From: Octopus vulgaris
Lineage: Eukaryota
Direction: 5' to 3'
Length of the DNA: 64,000 nucleotides
Assembly: GCA_951406725.2 (NCBI GenBank)
Contig: OX597814.1
Location: 193,254,001 to 193,318,000, forward strand
The notes under the pieces are model-generated. The model did not search any database. It saw only the letters and a list, made by a program, of their open reading frames with translations, and had not been told where the DNA came from. Below, in pieces: positions 12,991 through 26,438 of this stretch. The translations under genes and the position numbers were made by a program. Every line of letters starts with the position of its first letter. Positions within the stretch are counted from its first letter, which is position 1.

Positions 12991-13694
12991 TACAAGCACT
13001 GTTTTCTACTTACATATTTTTGAAACCTAACACAATGAGAGAATCTAACGAACAAAAAAGTGACAAGCTTTTTACGTAAGATTTCTACATTCCACAATAT
13101 ATTGCAGTCTTAAACAACTTCTCATATAAAACTGTAGATTTGTGGCGTAGTTTATCACCGGGAAAATTATTGCTTTCGGGAGGAACTGTCACATGAGACA
13201 AAGTACAATTTACTAAACAAAAAAAAAAAACAAAAAAAAAAGAAGAAAATTGACAGACGATATTCGTTAACTCGCTGGAACGAATTAATCTATTTTGATT
13301 TTTACAGCCTAGGAAAACAACATATTGGGAAATTGGAAGAAGACTTAGAGATAATTTGGCGTTAGAGAAGGAAGAAATATCAAGTTTATCAATCAAAATA
13401 ATTATTATAAAAAGATAATTAAGACATAAGATTTCACTGATAAAAAGCTCTAATAGCTGATACATTGCCTCTGAGATTCTGCATTCTGTAAATTAGATAT
13501 TTAGTTTAAAAGTGCAATCTAAATAACCCCCCGAATCTGTTATGGTTGTATATGATCTATGTTATTCTTTTCCATGTTAAAAAAACAAAAAAAAACAACA
13601 ACTCAAAAAATCATACGATCGATTTCTCAGACAGCTCTGAAATATTTATTGAAATGAATGTAACCATTCGTAGTCTCTTTTTTCTTTCTTTCTT

Positions 13695-13743
13695 TCATCA
13701 TCATCATCATCATCATTATTATCATCATCATCATCATCATCAT

Positions 13744-13803
<60 letters not shown>

Positions 13804-13883
13804 TATCATCATCATCATTATTATTGTTATTATTATTATTGTTGTTGTTGTTGTTGTTGTTATTATTATTATTATTATTATTA

Positions 13884-13921
<38 letters not shown>

Positions 13922-13960
13922 GTTATTATTATTATTATTATTATCATCATTATTATTATT
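13695..13960. repeat. (CAT)n/(TAT)n/(TGT)n trinucleotide array
   Basis: Direct reading. Confidence 0.95.
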
Positions 13961-14214
13961 GGCTTATTTATTTCTGTTGTGTTCAATGAACAGCAAAGTG
14001 TACTTTATTGGGTTGCTTCAACTGTAATTTTTCTGTGGTTTCCAAACTCGTCAACATTTTCATTTACATACATACCTACATAGAGAGAGTGTGTGCATGT
14101 ATGTTTTAATGACTATGTAAGTATGTATGTAAATGAAAATCTCTCTCTCTCTGTGTCTCTTCTCAACACACACACACACACACAAGGTGTTCGAGTTTAA
14201 TTTGACGGTATTTT

Positions 14215-14621
14215 TATACTCTTTACTCTCTTTTACTCTTTTACTTGTTTCAGTCATTTGAAACTGTGGCCATGCTTGAGCACCGCCTTTAGTCGAGAAA
14301 ATCGACCCCAAGACTTATTCTTTGTAAGCCGAGTACTTACTCTATCGGTCTCTTTTGCCGAACCGCTAAGTTACGGGGACGTAAACACACCAGCATCGGG
14401 GGGGGGGCAAACACAGACACATAAACATATACACACACATACATATATACATATATACGACGGGCTTCTTTCAGTTTCCGTCTACCAAATCCACTCACAA
14501 GTCTTCGGTCGACCCGAGGCTATAGTAGAAGACACTTGACCAAGGTGCTATGCAGTGGGATTGAACGGAACCATGTCGTTCGTAAGCAAGCTACTTACCA
14601 CACAGCCACTCCTACGCCTAT
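14215..14621 (-). mobile_element. SINE family C, full length
   Basis: Head taggcgtaggagtggctgtgtggtaagtagc on the minus strand; tail (gagtaaaa)n. Confidence 0.9.
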
Positions 14622-15284
14622 GTCTCCTCTTTCCAAAAACAGTTTGATGTATTGGTGAACACTCAACAGCGTTGGAGAGCATAAAGATTTAAGTTGTAGT
14701 TGGGAAAAAGTGAGCTCACGTGGAAGACTAGAAGGTTTCTGAAAATGGGAAAAGTGTTACTTGTGTCTTGATGGTTCACGCCGGGTATCAAAACGTCGAC
14801 ATCATGACTGTTGCTCAATGATCTATGAACATATGAACACTGTAAAAGCTCTGAGACGTGACATGGACATCATGAAACCAATTTCCCCCTCAAACTGTTA
14901 TGATCATTGGATGCGTCACCAGTGTGAATGACACTGTATATTTCTTCCCAAATCTGTCTCTGTCAAACTCTTAACTCTGACCAGTTTGAAATATTTTCAA
15001 GAGAGAGTTTACGATTCTGATTGTGGATAAAGAAGACTGCGGGAACATATTTAGCAGTTTTTGGCAAAATATGTATCCTTTTGCCAAGTTATAACAAAAA
15101 GTCAGTGAAATATTTAAAATGTTTACGGTTGGATAGATAGACAAATATAACAAAATAATTTGACAAAAAAATGTGAATTTTTAATTATTTTCTGAGATTT
15201 TACAAAAACAACAAAAATTTTAAAGTCATATTTTAAATTTGAACAGGACTTCAGACCTAATTAGATGGGTATGTGGAACCGCTG

Positions 15285-15815
15285 GAGACTGTAGCCAAAC
15301 CATGGCCCTAGAGGGTTGCCACTGGAAACCATATGTGTAGCAGCCGGATTCGACTCGTTGCCATAACTCCAGAAAGAGTCGGTGGTGGTCGGAGAATTTC
15401 TATGACTTCACCAACCCCAATTTCTGGTTTCCTAATTCTACCCAGTTGTTGAGAAAGACACCTAGGTTAATTGGAAACATAGATTGCCATGCTACTCATA
15501 AACCATCTCGGTAGTTCAATTATTTGGTGAAAAAGTACCAACTAGGCGACTTAAACCGTCCAAAGGACGGGTGCGTTTGCTAGTTTAGTATATAATTTGG
15601 AGACAAAATAACCTTAATGTAAAACATATTTTGTATTTCAAAATACTTGCGAATTTGAAATAGCATGTCTCAATGCGGAAAGGTAGCCAAGCAGGTGACC
15701 AAGCAGGTGGCCAAGCTAGAAGTGTTCGTAAACCTTCACAAGGACACAATGAGGAACACATGCGCCAGTTTCCAGAGCCGCCTAGAGGCTGTAATGGAAA
15801 CTGAGGGCAGCTACT
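15285..15815 (+). pseudogene. Tc1/mariner (DD37D maT-like) transposase relic
   Basis: WKPYV*QPDSTRCHNSRK..SENFYDFTNPNFWFPNS resembles YVWQQDSAPCHTS..WPPNSPD; later MRNTCASFQSRLEAVMETEGSY resembles the C-terminal AC.RFRSRLEAV...EGGY. Confidence 0.7.
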
Positions 15816-16029
15816 TATGTCCCAGCTACTGTTATGTCCCAGCCATAATCTTGTTGATACCTTTTGATTTTTGTAAAAATGCTTTTGTTTTTGGATGAGA
15901 TATATTTAGTTTTCCTTAAATGCAAACTGTCAGATTTATTCAGACAAAATGGTATATGTCTGTGTGTGCGTGTGTATGCGTGTGTGCGTGCGCGTGTGTG
16001 TGCGTGTATGTGCCTGTGCATGTGTATGT

Positions 16030-16237
16030 ATGCGTGTGTCTGTGTTTGTCCCCCCAACATCGCTTGACAACCGATGCTGGTCTGTTTACGTTCCCGTAAC
16101 TTAGCGGTTCGGCAAAAGAGACCGATATAATAAGTACTAGGCTTACAAAGAATAAGTCCTGAGTTCGATTTGCTCTCGACTAAAGACGGTGCTCCAGCAT
16201 GGTCACAGTCAAATGACTGAAACAAGTAAAAGAGTAA
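16030..16237 (+). mobile_element. SINE family C 3' module
   Basis: acatcgcttgacaaccgatgctgg...aaatgactgaaacaagtaaaagagt. Confidence 0.85.
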
Positions 16238-16509
16238 CAGAGATATGAGCAAGACAAAACATAGACAGACAGCTATGAATGGCAATAATTTATCTGGAGA
16301 CTGGTTGATTCTATAATGCATATTATGCAAACATGCGTATATAATGAGGCAATAAGTAACACAGAGAATAAGCAAAAATATCTTCAGCTCGCATAAAGTA
16401 CCGTGATATACAAATATCTTCAAGCTGGAAGTATCGAATATTTTCGTCGGAATGATGAGTGGCAAACGTACATACATGTCTAAGATTGCGTGAATGATTT
16501 TATATATAT

Positions 16510-16825
16510 GGAGTGACTGTTTGGTAAGTTGCTTGCTTATCAGTCACATCGTTCCTGGTTCAGTCCCACTGCGTGGCACCTTGGGCAACGGTCTTCTTCT
16601 ATAGCCTTGGGCCGACCAAAGACTTGTGAGTGGTTTTGGTAGACGATAACTGAAAGATGTATGTGTGTGTGTTTGACCTCCCAACATCGCTTGACAACGA
16701 TTGGTGTGTTTACGTCCTCGTAACTTAGCGGTTCAGCAAAAGAGACCAATAGAGTAAATACAAGGCTTACAAAGAATAAGTTCTGGGGTCGATTTCCTAG
16801 ACTCCATCATGGCCACAGTCAAATT
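16510..16825 (+). mobile_element. SINE family C, diverged
   Basis: gttcagtcccactgcgtggcaccttgggcaa plus the 3' module. Confidence 0.8.
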
Positions 16826-17612
16826 AGGTTCTGAGTTTAAATATGGCCGAAGTCGACTTTGCCTTTCATCCTTCCGGGGTTAATAAATTAAGTACCAGTT
16901 GCGTACTAGGGATCGATATAATCGACTGGCCCCTCCCCAAATATTTTGGGTCTTGTGCCTAGAGTAGAGAAGATTATTTAAAAAGCGACGAGCTGGCAGA
17001 ATCGTTAGCGCGCCCGGTAAAATGCTTAGTGGCATTTCGTCCGTCTTAAAGACGTTCTTAGTTCAAATTCTGCCGAGGTCGGCTTTGCCTTTCATCCTTT
17101 CGAGGTCGATAAAATAAGTACCAGTTAAACATTGGAGATCGATGCAATCGACTTATCCCCTCCCCAAAATTGCTGCCCTTGTGGCAAAATTTGAAACCAT
17201 TGTTATTTTTAAGGCGGCGAGCTGGCAGAATCGTTAGCGCGCTGTGCATAATGCTTAGCGGCATTTTGTCTGTCTTTATGTTCTGAGTTCAAATCCCGAC
17301 GAGGTCGACTTTACCATCCATCCTTTCGGTGTCGATAAAATAAGTACCAGTTGAACACTCAGGTCTATATAATCGACATACCCCTCCCACGAAATTGCTG
17401 GCCTTGTGGTAAAATTTAAAATCATTATTATTATAAAAGAAAATGCTTAGTGACATTTCGTCCATCTTTACGTTCTGAGTTCAAATTCCACCGATGTCGA
17501 CTTTGCTTTTTATACTTTCAGGGTCGATAGAATAAGTACCAGTTGAACACTGGGGTCGATGTAATCGACTTACCCCCTCTCCGAAGTTGCTGGCCTTGCG
17601 CCAAAATTTGAA
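16826..17612 (+). mobile_element. Head-to-tail array of four SINE family A copies
   Basis: Repeated gagttcaaat..ccgaggtcgactttgcctttcatcc..gtcgataaaataagtaccag units. Confidence 0.88.
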
Positions 17613-17825
17613 AGCAGATTTTCAATTGACTGGATTAAAATGGTGGGAAATGAAGTGTGTTACACAAGGACACCAGGTGCCTTCCAGTTTGGAGAATCGA
17701 ACCCACAACCTAACGATCATCATCCCATCACCAAACCCCTCCACCACATACCTTACATAGTTATGTGTGAGTGTGTTTACGAAAGTAAATCTATTGTACA
17801 TTCACACACATACACACACACACGC

Positions 17826-17880
<55 letters not shown>

Positions 17881-18078
17881 TGTATGTATATGTGTATGAT
17901 AAAGAAATACTGTATATGTGTAAGTTAAGAAAAAAACTACAAAGACTTAGTTAAAATGATTTCCAAACCGATAATTGATTTCTCTGAGGAAGAATAAAAA
18001 AATATTTGAAGTGCTAAAAAAAAAAAAATTTCAGAAAATATCTTGCTAAAATGAAATTATTATTAAAAAGCATAACAG

Positions 18079-18080
18079 TA

Positions 18081-18129
<49 letters not shown>

Positions 18130-18211
18130 CGACGACGATGATGACGATGATGATGATGATGAAGATGATGATGATGGTGGTGGTGGTTATGGTGGTGGTG
18201 ATGATGATGAT
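18079..18211. repeat. (GAT)n/(GAC)n/(GGT)n microsatellite
   Basis: Direct reading. Confidence 0.95.
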
Positions 18212-18844
18212 AGAGAAAAGAAAATATGAAGAACGGAACTGTAAAATGTTTTAAAATTTTGTTTTGCACCAGAGTATAAAGTTTCTTTGAATATGTATAT
18301 AACTTGATTGATCTAATATTTTCTATAACTTCTAGACGTTCGATCTGTGACTGAGTACAGCATCTTATATTTTAACATATTGACTAAAACATAGCTCGCT
18401 CTACGGTCGGATTCTCAGAGAAGATATCTAAGTTCGAAAAATCGGTTCTGATTTAAGCACAAGGCCTGCAATCTTCAGAGATTGTTCTTTGCTGTTGAGA
18501 CCAAGTCTTGATTGGTACCTTATTTTATCGGCCCCAGAGGAATGAAAGGCAAGGTTGTCCTTGGCGAGATTTGAACTCGTCTTGACTCAAGACTATTGAA
18601 AAGGTTACAAGACACAACGAAAATTTTAGGGAAATAAAAATAAGAAATAAGTGGAAATTTTACCGGTGAGTGTGTTACATTGTAAGGCACAAAAAGGAAA
18701 TGACTCTCCCCAGACACAACAGAATATGCTTCAACACACGAACTCATATAAAGAATCTTGCAAACCAAATCCCAAAACGAAATTTAATATTAGTTTTTAT
18801 CCATAAACCACAACACCTGAATTTTGGGCAGTCCTCAACTTGTA

Positions 18845-19390
18845 CTTATCGACCTCGAGAGGATGAAAGGCAAAGTCGACCTCAGTGGAATTTGAACTCA
18901 GAACGTAAAGACAGACGAAATACAGCCAAGCATTTTCCCGGTATTTTTCTGCAATCTCACCACCTATATTATGTTCTAATAATCCTTTCTTTTATAGGCA
19001 CAAGGTCTGACATCTGGGAAGAGGGGAGGGGGTAATCGATTTCATTGACCCTAGTAACTTATTGGTACTTATTTTATCGACTCTGAGATGATGAAGGGCA
19101 AAGCCGACCTCAGAGTAATTTGAACTCAGAACGTAAAGACGATTCTGCTAACGATCCTGCAAACTCACTGCTTATTACTAACAATAATCCCATCTGCTAT
19201 AATTTCGAGGAAAGGGGTAAGTTGATCACATCGACCCCACTGTTCAACTGATACTTATTTCATTGCCCCCATAAATGATGAAAGGCAAAGTAGATTTAGG
19301 CGGAATTTGAACTCAGAACTATAAAGACGGACGAAATGCCGCTAAGCATTTTGCCCGGCCTGCTAACGATTCTGCCAGCTCGTCGCCTTG
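18845..19390 (-). mobile_element. Array of three SINE family A copies
   Basis: Repeated gatgaaaggcaaagtcgacctc..aatttgaactcagaac. Confidence 0.82.
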
Positions 19391-19461
19391 TACATACTCT
19401 AACAATAGAAACAAATCGTACTTATATGAATTTGATACATACCATTATATATACTTCGTGT

Positions 19462-19755
<294 letters not shown>

Positions 19756-20574
19756 CCAACTTCCACACAGTTTCCGTCTACCAAACTCACAAGATTTGGG
19801 TCGATTCGAGAATCAAATTGAAAACACTCTCTCAAGGTGCTGTGAAGTGTAACTGAACTCAGAACCATGTAGTTACAAACTTCTTAACCGAACAACCTTA
19901 TCCGTTTATTTTTTAGACGGTTGTGTATAGTTTGGCAGGGAGATTTGGCTTCTGTTTCTATATTGACTACGTACAGGCTTCCTCTATTAACTTTCAATGC
20001 CACAAGCTAGGATCCATGTAATATGTCGTTCTTGACTCTTCGTATATGTATTTTAATGATATTTTTGCACAAAATACAACCACCCACGCTAGAAATGTTC
20101 ATACACGCAAAGACACCGATAGAGATACACGATATCTCTCTCTCTCACACACACTCACACACGCACATACATATACACATATGCACACACGTGTGCGCGT
20201 ACGCACACAAGCATGTATATGCGCATACACCATAAACACAAGCTCATAGAGAGAACTACATTCACACGTGCATACACGCCGTTTACGTGACAGGTAGAAA
20301 AACTACATTACTGAATTATGTCAGTAAACAGAAATATTACTTCATTTCATTGGTTATACAAACTTGATTATAATATCACTGATATCTCTATTAACCATTT
20401 GATAAATAGAATTTACTGATCGAACGAACTGATAAATGCAATTTACAAACAATTTTCGTTTGAAACAAAGTTTTTCATTCGAAATTAGACATTTTAAATC
20501 GTTTGTTTTTCTTTCGTGTAAATTCAAAATGGAAACTACAAACTGGGTTCACCTTCCTTTTCTTGCAAATCGCT

Positions 20575-20789
20575 ATACTCTTTGCTCTTTTACTTGTTTC
20601 AGTCATTTGACTGTGGCCATGCTGGAGCACCGCCTTTAGTCGAGCAAATCGACCCCAGGACTTATTCTTTGTAAGCCCAGTACTTATTCTATCGGTCTCT
20701 TTTGCCGAACCGCTAAGTGACGGGGACGTAAACACACCAGCATCGGTTGTCAATCGATGCTAGGGGGACAAACACAGACACACAAACAT

Positions 20790-20820
<31 letters not shown>

Positions 20821-20994
20821 CATATATACGACAGGCTTCTTTCAGTTTCCGCCTACCAAATCCACTCACAAGGCTTTGGTCGGCCCGAGGCTATAGCAGA
20901 AGACACTTGCCCAAGATGCCACGCAGTGGGACTGAACCCGGAACCATGTGGTTGGTAAGCCAGCAACTTACCACACAGCCACTCCTGCGCCTAT
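20575..20994 (-). mobile_element. SINE family C, full length
   Basis: Complete head-to-tail match to the other family C copies. Confidence 0.92.
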
Positions 20995-22018
20995 AAACTT
21001 TTGGTTCTTTTTTTTTTTTTTCTAAACCTTCGTGTTTATCGGCACATAACACCGATTCTGATGCTCGATCCATCAAATCAAGAGTTGTTCCATCCTACGT
21101 TAGAATGCATGAACATCTTTTTATGACTAGTGCGGTGTAATAAGTCATATTTAAGTGTTTGCTTGGTGTTGTCAAGTTATTATACACAGCTTTCAGAAAA
21201 CTAACCGTTTACTCATTCCAGGAGCATTGACACTCTCAACTCCCAAGCAACAATTGGTAACCGACGAAGTTTCCTTATGGTCACGACCACATTTGTTAAT
21301 CAATCCTACCACTTTTCATACTTCGAATTATTTTTCTCAACGATTTCTCCATGTTTAGGAGAAGATAGGGTTACTCCCCACTCTTGTTACATTTTAATCG
21401 TTAGGCATCCTAAATACGATCATGCATACACATTGGCTTTTAATAGCCTACAAAATAATATTCATTGCACAATATAATTTTTATTGATGAAAATAAACCA
21501 GCATTTCCCAAAATTTCGCTTTAATTCAACTTTCTATTGAGGACGCTTCGAAGCCCAAAATAGTGGATGGTAGTCGGTAATACTTGAACGTCGAAAACTT
21601 CTCGCACTCCAAATGACTCAAAGTGGAAAATCAGCGATAAAAAACCTCTGCATTTGAATTTTTCAGCGGAAAAAACTTTTGTGCACAGTATGTAACAGTA
21701 ATTGAGACGACTGAGCATCAATATTCATTCAGTATTTGTAGAAGGTTCGTTGTTCGAAGGTGTATTTGATCTTCACTATATGCGCCGCATTCAGTCATTG
21801 CGTAAGATGGCTGTCGAGCGTGAATAGTTATTACGACGGTGCGTACGAGGTCGTTAGCTTTTGTGGTGGTTCAGGGTCTCCGATATTTGTTCGAAGGTCT
21901 AGGGTTTCCCTTAGTTCTATTAAAGAGTGCTGTTAGTACAAACACAAATCATATATGCATTTCCAATTCTGCAAACAAACACCGATCACACAATATTTAA
22001 ATTACTTAAATTAGATTA

Positions 22019-22357
22019 ATAACAAGACCATTCAGAGAGCGCAAACCTCCGCCAAGGTAACACCAACGTCCTCTCAACGATTAGCCAGAGATGATTTTTA
22101 AAATGAGAATATCTGAAATAAACTCAACTGCTCTCACAAACGAGAATACTAAAATTGAACCCGACCGCTCTCAAAAATTAAGTGAAAAAAGCCCAGAATC
22201 CTTGTCCGGTACCGGATAGATCCCAAAATTTAATCAGTTCGTGCTAGTCACGAGGTGAAACATCCCTGAACGGTTCTTGAGATATTTTGTCCACGGACAA
22301 ACAAACAAACAAACACGACTGAAAACAATACCTCCGCTTTTGCTAAGATGGAGGTAA
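22019..22357 (-). mobile_element. Helentron-associated element, second copy
   Basis: Reverse complement of 11919-12312, including cagagagcgcaaacctccgccaa and (CAAA)n. Confidence 0.8.
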
Positions 22358-22959
22358 TAATAATATTGATGTTGACAATGATGATGAAAATTACTCTCCG
22401 TTGCTGCTCTCGATCTTTTGCAAAAAGCCGCAATGGCTAGCTTAAATCCCGAAGCGAGAGCTGCAAGCACGAGGGGCTGGAATGAGAGTAAAAAACAGTT
22501 TAAAAAAGAACTGACATGACGCTTATGAATGTCGGTGCTTATACATCGCTTTTGTATTCTATAATTTTGTAATCGTCGTAATTTTTATTCCTTTTCCTTC
22601 CTTCCCCCTTTTCCACACTTTTTTTTTAAAACCTTTAATTTTCTCTTCTTTTTTGTGTCTTTGTGTTTACTTATTTCTTTATTTTTTTCTGGTGTTTAAT
22701 TTTGGCACACCTCAAATTCTTCAGTTTATTTTTCCTCTTCCATGTTTTAATGACCCCACTTTTCTATTTATCGCTCTTCTACTACATGATGGCCTGACTG
22801 GACTTTGCACTGGCGGTCTGTTAAAGGGAAGGAAAAACAAAGGGAAATTAATTAAAAAGTTTTGAGTCGTGCAACGAGTAACCAGGATATCAGCATGGTT
22901 AAACGTTTCGTCACACCCTACTAGCCTTCGTCTTCTCGCTCCCCACCTCCTCCATTACA

Positions 22960-24610
22960 TTTTAGGGATGGGGGGGGGTTAACTCGTATCCCCCTATTTC
23001 TCCCCCAACTCCTTTCACCGTCAGATTGGGCCGGTATTAGTCTTGCTCATCACTTTATTCATCCCACAACTCCCGTAATAGCCAGCCTACCACCATCGCC
23101 TCCTGCACTCCCCCCCCCCAGCCGAACCCCCAAAGATCTTCATCCAGCTCCCCTTTCTACGTCCATCGCTAACCTTCCCCCACCTCCTCTTATTCATCCC
23201 ACCGCTCCCGTTACAACTAGCCTGTCTGCATCGGCTCCTGCACTCCACTCGAATCCCACTACCAGAGTTGATATTGTTCACTCAGCTACCCCATCTACCT
23301 CCAGCACCACTACAGTCAGTTCACCTCCAAGTTGTGTTCTTTGCACCCGTGCAAGTCGCTACTTGAAGACCATCAAATGCCACTTATTTCTTGATTGCTC
23401 ACAAAGGGCTAAACATAGAGGGGACAAACAAGGATAGATAAAGGGATTAAGTCAATGACATTGACCCCAGTGCGCAACTGGTACTTTATTTATCGACTCC
23501 GTTTCTGCCAACTCGTCGCCCTCTTGCATAGTCTAAGTAACAACAAGAGCTGCGTCGGCATTTCTAAGGCTCAAGCCGAAAGTTTTCTAACTGGACATGC
23601 AACCGATAACACTCCTGCTCTGACATCCTTAGTAGGACAGACCCTTGCTCTGAAGTCAAGATCCCTGTTAAAGATTTTGTCGCCGCCCTCCAGGGTTTGT
23701 CAATCGGATCCCCAAGTGTGCTCGCACTTGTTTCGCCCGTGTTCTCTCGAAATTTCTGAAGAACGTCTGCCTATCCAACAACACCTCGGACTGGCAGAAA
23801 CTTTTCCTATTCACTTTGGTCTCCCTCCACGTAACGAATGGGAATAGTGGATCCCTCATTTCTTCCCTGAAACGGCAGTTCGAGCTGTTCGAATCTACCC
23901 CAATCACTGTTCAACTCAGGTCAGTCATCAACTCAACCCCAAACAATGGTTGACCACCTAACTTAAAGAAGGCTGTTAGTGCTAAATTCAGCGAATTTGA
24001 CAGTAAAGGACTGTTCGTCTTCTTCCTTTTCTGTCCTCCCGTGTCCCGTGTACCACAGACTCCCTCAACCAACTGAAAGAGAAACATTCTCCGGCCCCTC
24101 CACCTTTTCAACATCCCATCTTTTCAACAATCCATCTTCACCCCTGACAATGTCAAAAGGGCAACTGACTCTTTTCCAACAGATTCTGGCGCTGGGATCG
24201 ATGGCTTACGACCTCACCATCTCAAGGATGGTGTCTCCCTGTCCGGTGGTGATGCTGAGTTCGGACTCTTGGAGAACCTAACTTGTTCTCGTCCGAGAGT
24301 GCCCTTGCCTACATTCATCCCCTGTTCTTTGGGGCCAGAGTACTTGGTCTCACCAAGCTCAACGGTGACCGCCACCCCATAGCAGTCGGTTGTACTCTGC
24401 GACGGCTCACAGCAAAAGTGTGCCTACCCTCAGTTTCTAACTGCCTGACCGAGGAATTTTCCTCTATTCAGCTAGAAGTGGGTACTAAGCTAGGTTGTGA
24501 GGCTGCTGCTCATGCCACCAGGGCTTTCACCATCTTGCCCTCTGAGTCTCCAAAGGTCATCCTCAAACTTGACCTTAAGAATACTTTTAAGTCCATCAGT
24601 CGAGACGTCA
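22960..24610 (+). pseudogene. CRE-clade non-LTR retrotransposon relic (Pro/Ser-rich region, PHD-like finger, N-terminal RT)
   Basis: RIPKCARTCFARVL..DWQKLFLF (from 23705), KKAVSAKFSEFD, DSGAGIDGLRPHHLKD, FFGARVLGLTK.NGD.HPIAVGCTLRRLTAK, QLEVGTKLGCEAAAHA, ILKLDLKNTFKSISR: typical CRE/SLACS-type RT subdomains 0-3, with stops and frameshifts, truncated after subdomain 3. Confidence 0.85.
23384..23520 (-). mobile_element. SINE family A fragment inserted in the CRE relic
   Basis: ttatttcttgattgctcacaaagggctaaacatagaggggacaaacaagg = family A tail on the minus strand. Confidence 0.8.
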
Positions 24611-25065
24611 GTCTCCGCTTTCGAGTCCATTTTTCGATCCAAATGGCTAACCATGAACAGCTTTTAAAAAACCTTGAGGTAACTGAGTCCAACCAAGAGT
24701 TTTTTTTATACTTAGAAATTACTTGTCAATTCCTAAACTATTGTATTTTCTGTAAGTTTGTTCCTCTTCGCTCGTCACACCGAGCAAAACCTAATGATTG
24801 GCTCAGATTAAAACGATTTCGTTTTTGTATTTGGTTTGCCAGATTCTTTATTTGAATTCGTGTATTGAAACTTATTTTATTGTCTGGGCAAAGTGTGTTA
24901 ATAAGGCATTAAAACAGACTCAATAGAATATGTATATGTGTGTGTGTGTGCTTGTGTGTATGTGCATATATATATATATATGTATGTATGTGTGTGTGTG
25001 TGTGTGTTTGTGTGTGTATCTATAAATATGATTATATGTATATATATATATATATTTATATAATA

Positions 25066-25195
25066 ATAATATTAGGGAGTATAACTTCAAACTTACATCT
25101 AGGTAAATGTTTTATCATATATTTTTTTCTATATGGTATGATTTACGTCTATCATTGTTTGAATTACATAATAGTGGTTTTTCTCTAATTTATAT
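25066..25195. mobile_element. Internally deleted copy of the fold-back family at 55216-55826
   Basis: atattagggagtataacttcaaacttaca joined to tctaggtaaatgttttatc...ctctaatttatata, both homologous to arms of the 55.2-55.8 kb element; sits in (TA)n. Confidence 0.7.
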
Positions 25196-25344
25196 ATATG
25201 TATATATATATATATATATATGTTTGTGTGTATGCATATATATATGTGTGTGTGTGTTTATATATGCATATATACATGTATATATATGTGTGTATATGTA
25301 TGTATATGTGAGTGCGCTCCGTGCGCGCGCGCGTGTGTATACAT

Positions 25345-25502
25345 CGTTCTTTCAGTTTCCGTTTACTAAATCTACTCACAAGGCTTTGGTCTGCCCGAGG
25401 CCATAGTAGAAGACACTTGCCCAAGGTGCCACGCAGTGGGACTGAACCCGGAACCACGTAGTTGGGAAGCAAACTTCTTACCACACAGCCACGCCTGTCC
25501 CT
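25345..25502 (-). mobile_element. SINE family C head
   Basis: agacacttgcccaaggtgccacgcagtgggactgaacccggaacc. Confidence 0.85.
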
Positions 25503-25749
25503 ATAGTTTTTGTAGACATGGTGTGATCGAAGGAGTTGCTGTCCAGCTGCAGAAATAATATGTGTTAGAGAAGGAATTCCAGAGAACCGACGTTAAAAGG
25601 AGAAAGAACAGGGCAGAGAGATTCGTGCGGAGCCAGACAAATCCAGAGTGGATAAGGGTAACAAGGGCAAGAGATATGGTTGTGTCGGGTAGGTTTGAAT
25701 GGAAGGATGGTGACACAAGGTTAAATAACACCCAGAAGTAGAGGTCATT

Positions 25750-26052
25750 GTAGTAGTAGTAGTAGTAGTAGCAGCAGCAACAGCAGCAGTAGTAGTGGTA
25801 GCAATAATGATGGTAGTGGTAGTGGTGACGGTAGTAGTAGAAGTAGTAGTAGTAGTTGTTGTAATGGTGGTACTGGTAGTGGTAGCAATAATGATGGTGG
25901 TAGTAGTACCAGTGGTAGTGATCACGATAGTAGTAGTAGTAGTAGCAGCAGCAGCAGTAATAGTAGTAATAGTAATGGTAGTAGTAGTATTAGTAATGAC
26001 AGTGGTGGTTGTAGTAGTAGTAGTAGTAGTATTAGTAATGACAGTGGTGGTT

Positions 26053-26094
<42 letters not shown>

Positions 26095-26230
26095 ATGGTA
26101 GTAGTAGTAGTAGTAATGACAGTGGTGGTGGTAGTTGTAGTAGTAGTAGTAGTAGTAGTAGCAATACTGATAGTAGTAAGGGTCGTGGTAGTAGTAGTAG
26201 GTGGTGGTGGTGGTGGTGGTGGTGGTGGTG
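25750..26230. repeat. (TAG)n/(TGG)n/(CAG)n trinucleotide array
   Basis: Direct reading; source of the poly-T/poly-V ORFs. Confidence 0.95.
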
Positions 26231-26401
26231 AAGTGGAGGAGGAGTTCTGTAAGCGAGCACATCTGTGGGCCAGAGGTCGGAGTGAGTTGGCGTGCGACTT
26301 CGGAGTCAATCTGCCGAATGGCGTGCCCTTCGTTTTTCGGCGAGAGAAGAAAGGGGGGAAAAAAAGGGCCAGTAGTCCCAGCTCCCTGTATCTGAGGTAG
26401 C

Positions 26402-26438
<37 letters not shown>

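Noticed and set aside
16826-17612. Regularly spaced repeats resembling a CRISPR array
   Set aside because: Units are ~150-200-bp SINE monomers with no unique spacers and no cas genes, in a eukaryotic context
22898-22936. Minus-strand aGACGAAG..GAAACGTT hammerhead-like string upstream of the CRE relic
   Set aside because: Lacks CUGA and convincing stems I and II
26392-26400. TGAGGTAG let-7 seed-like match (also near 8765)
   Set aside because: The following bases do not match let-7 and there is no precursor hairpin
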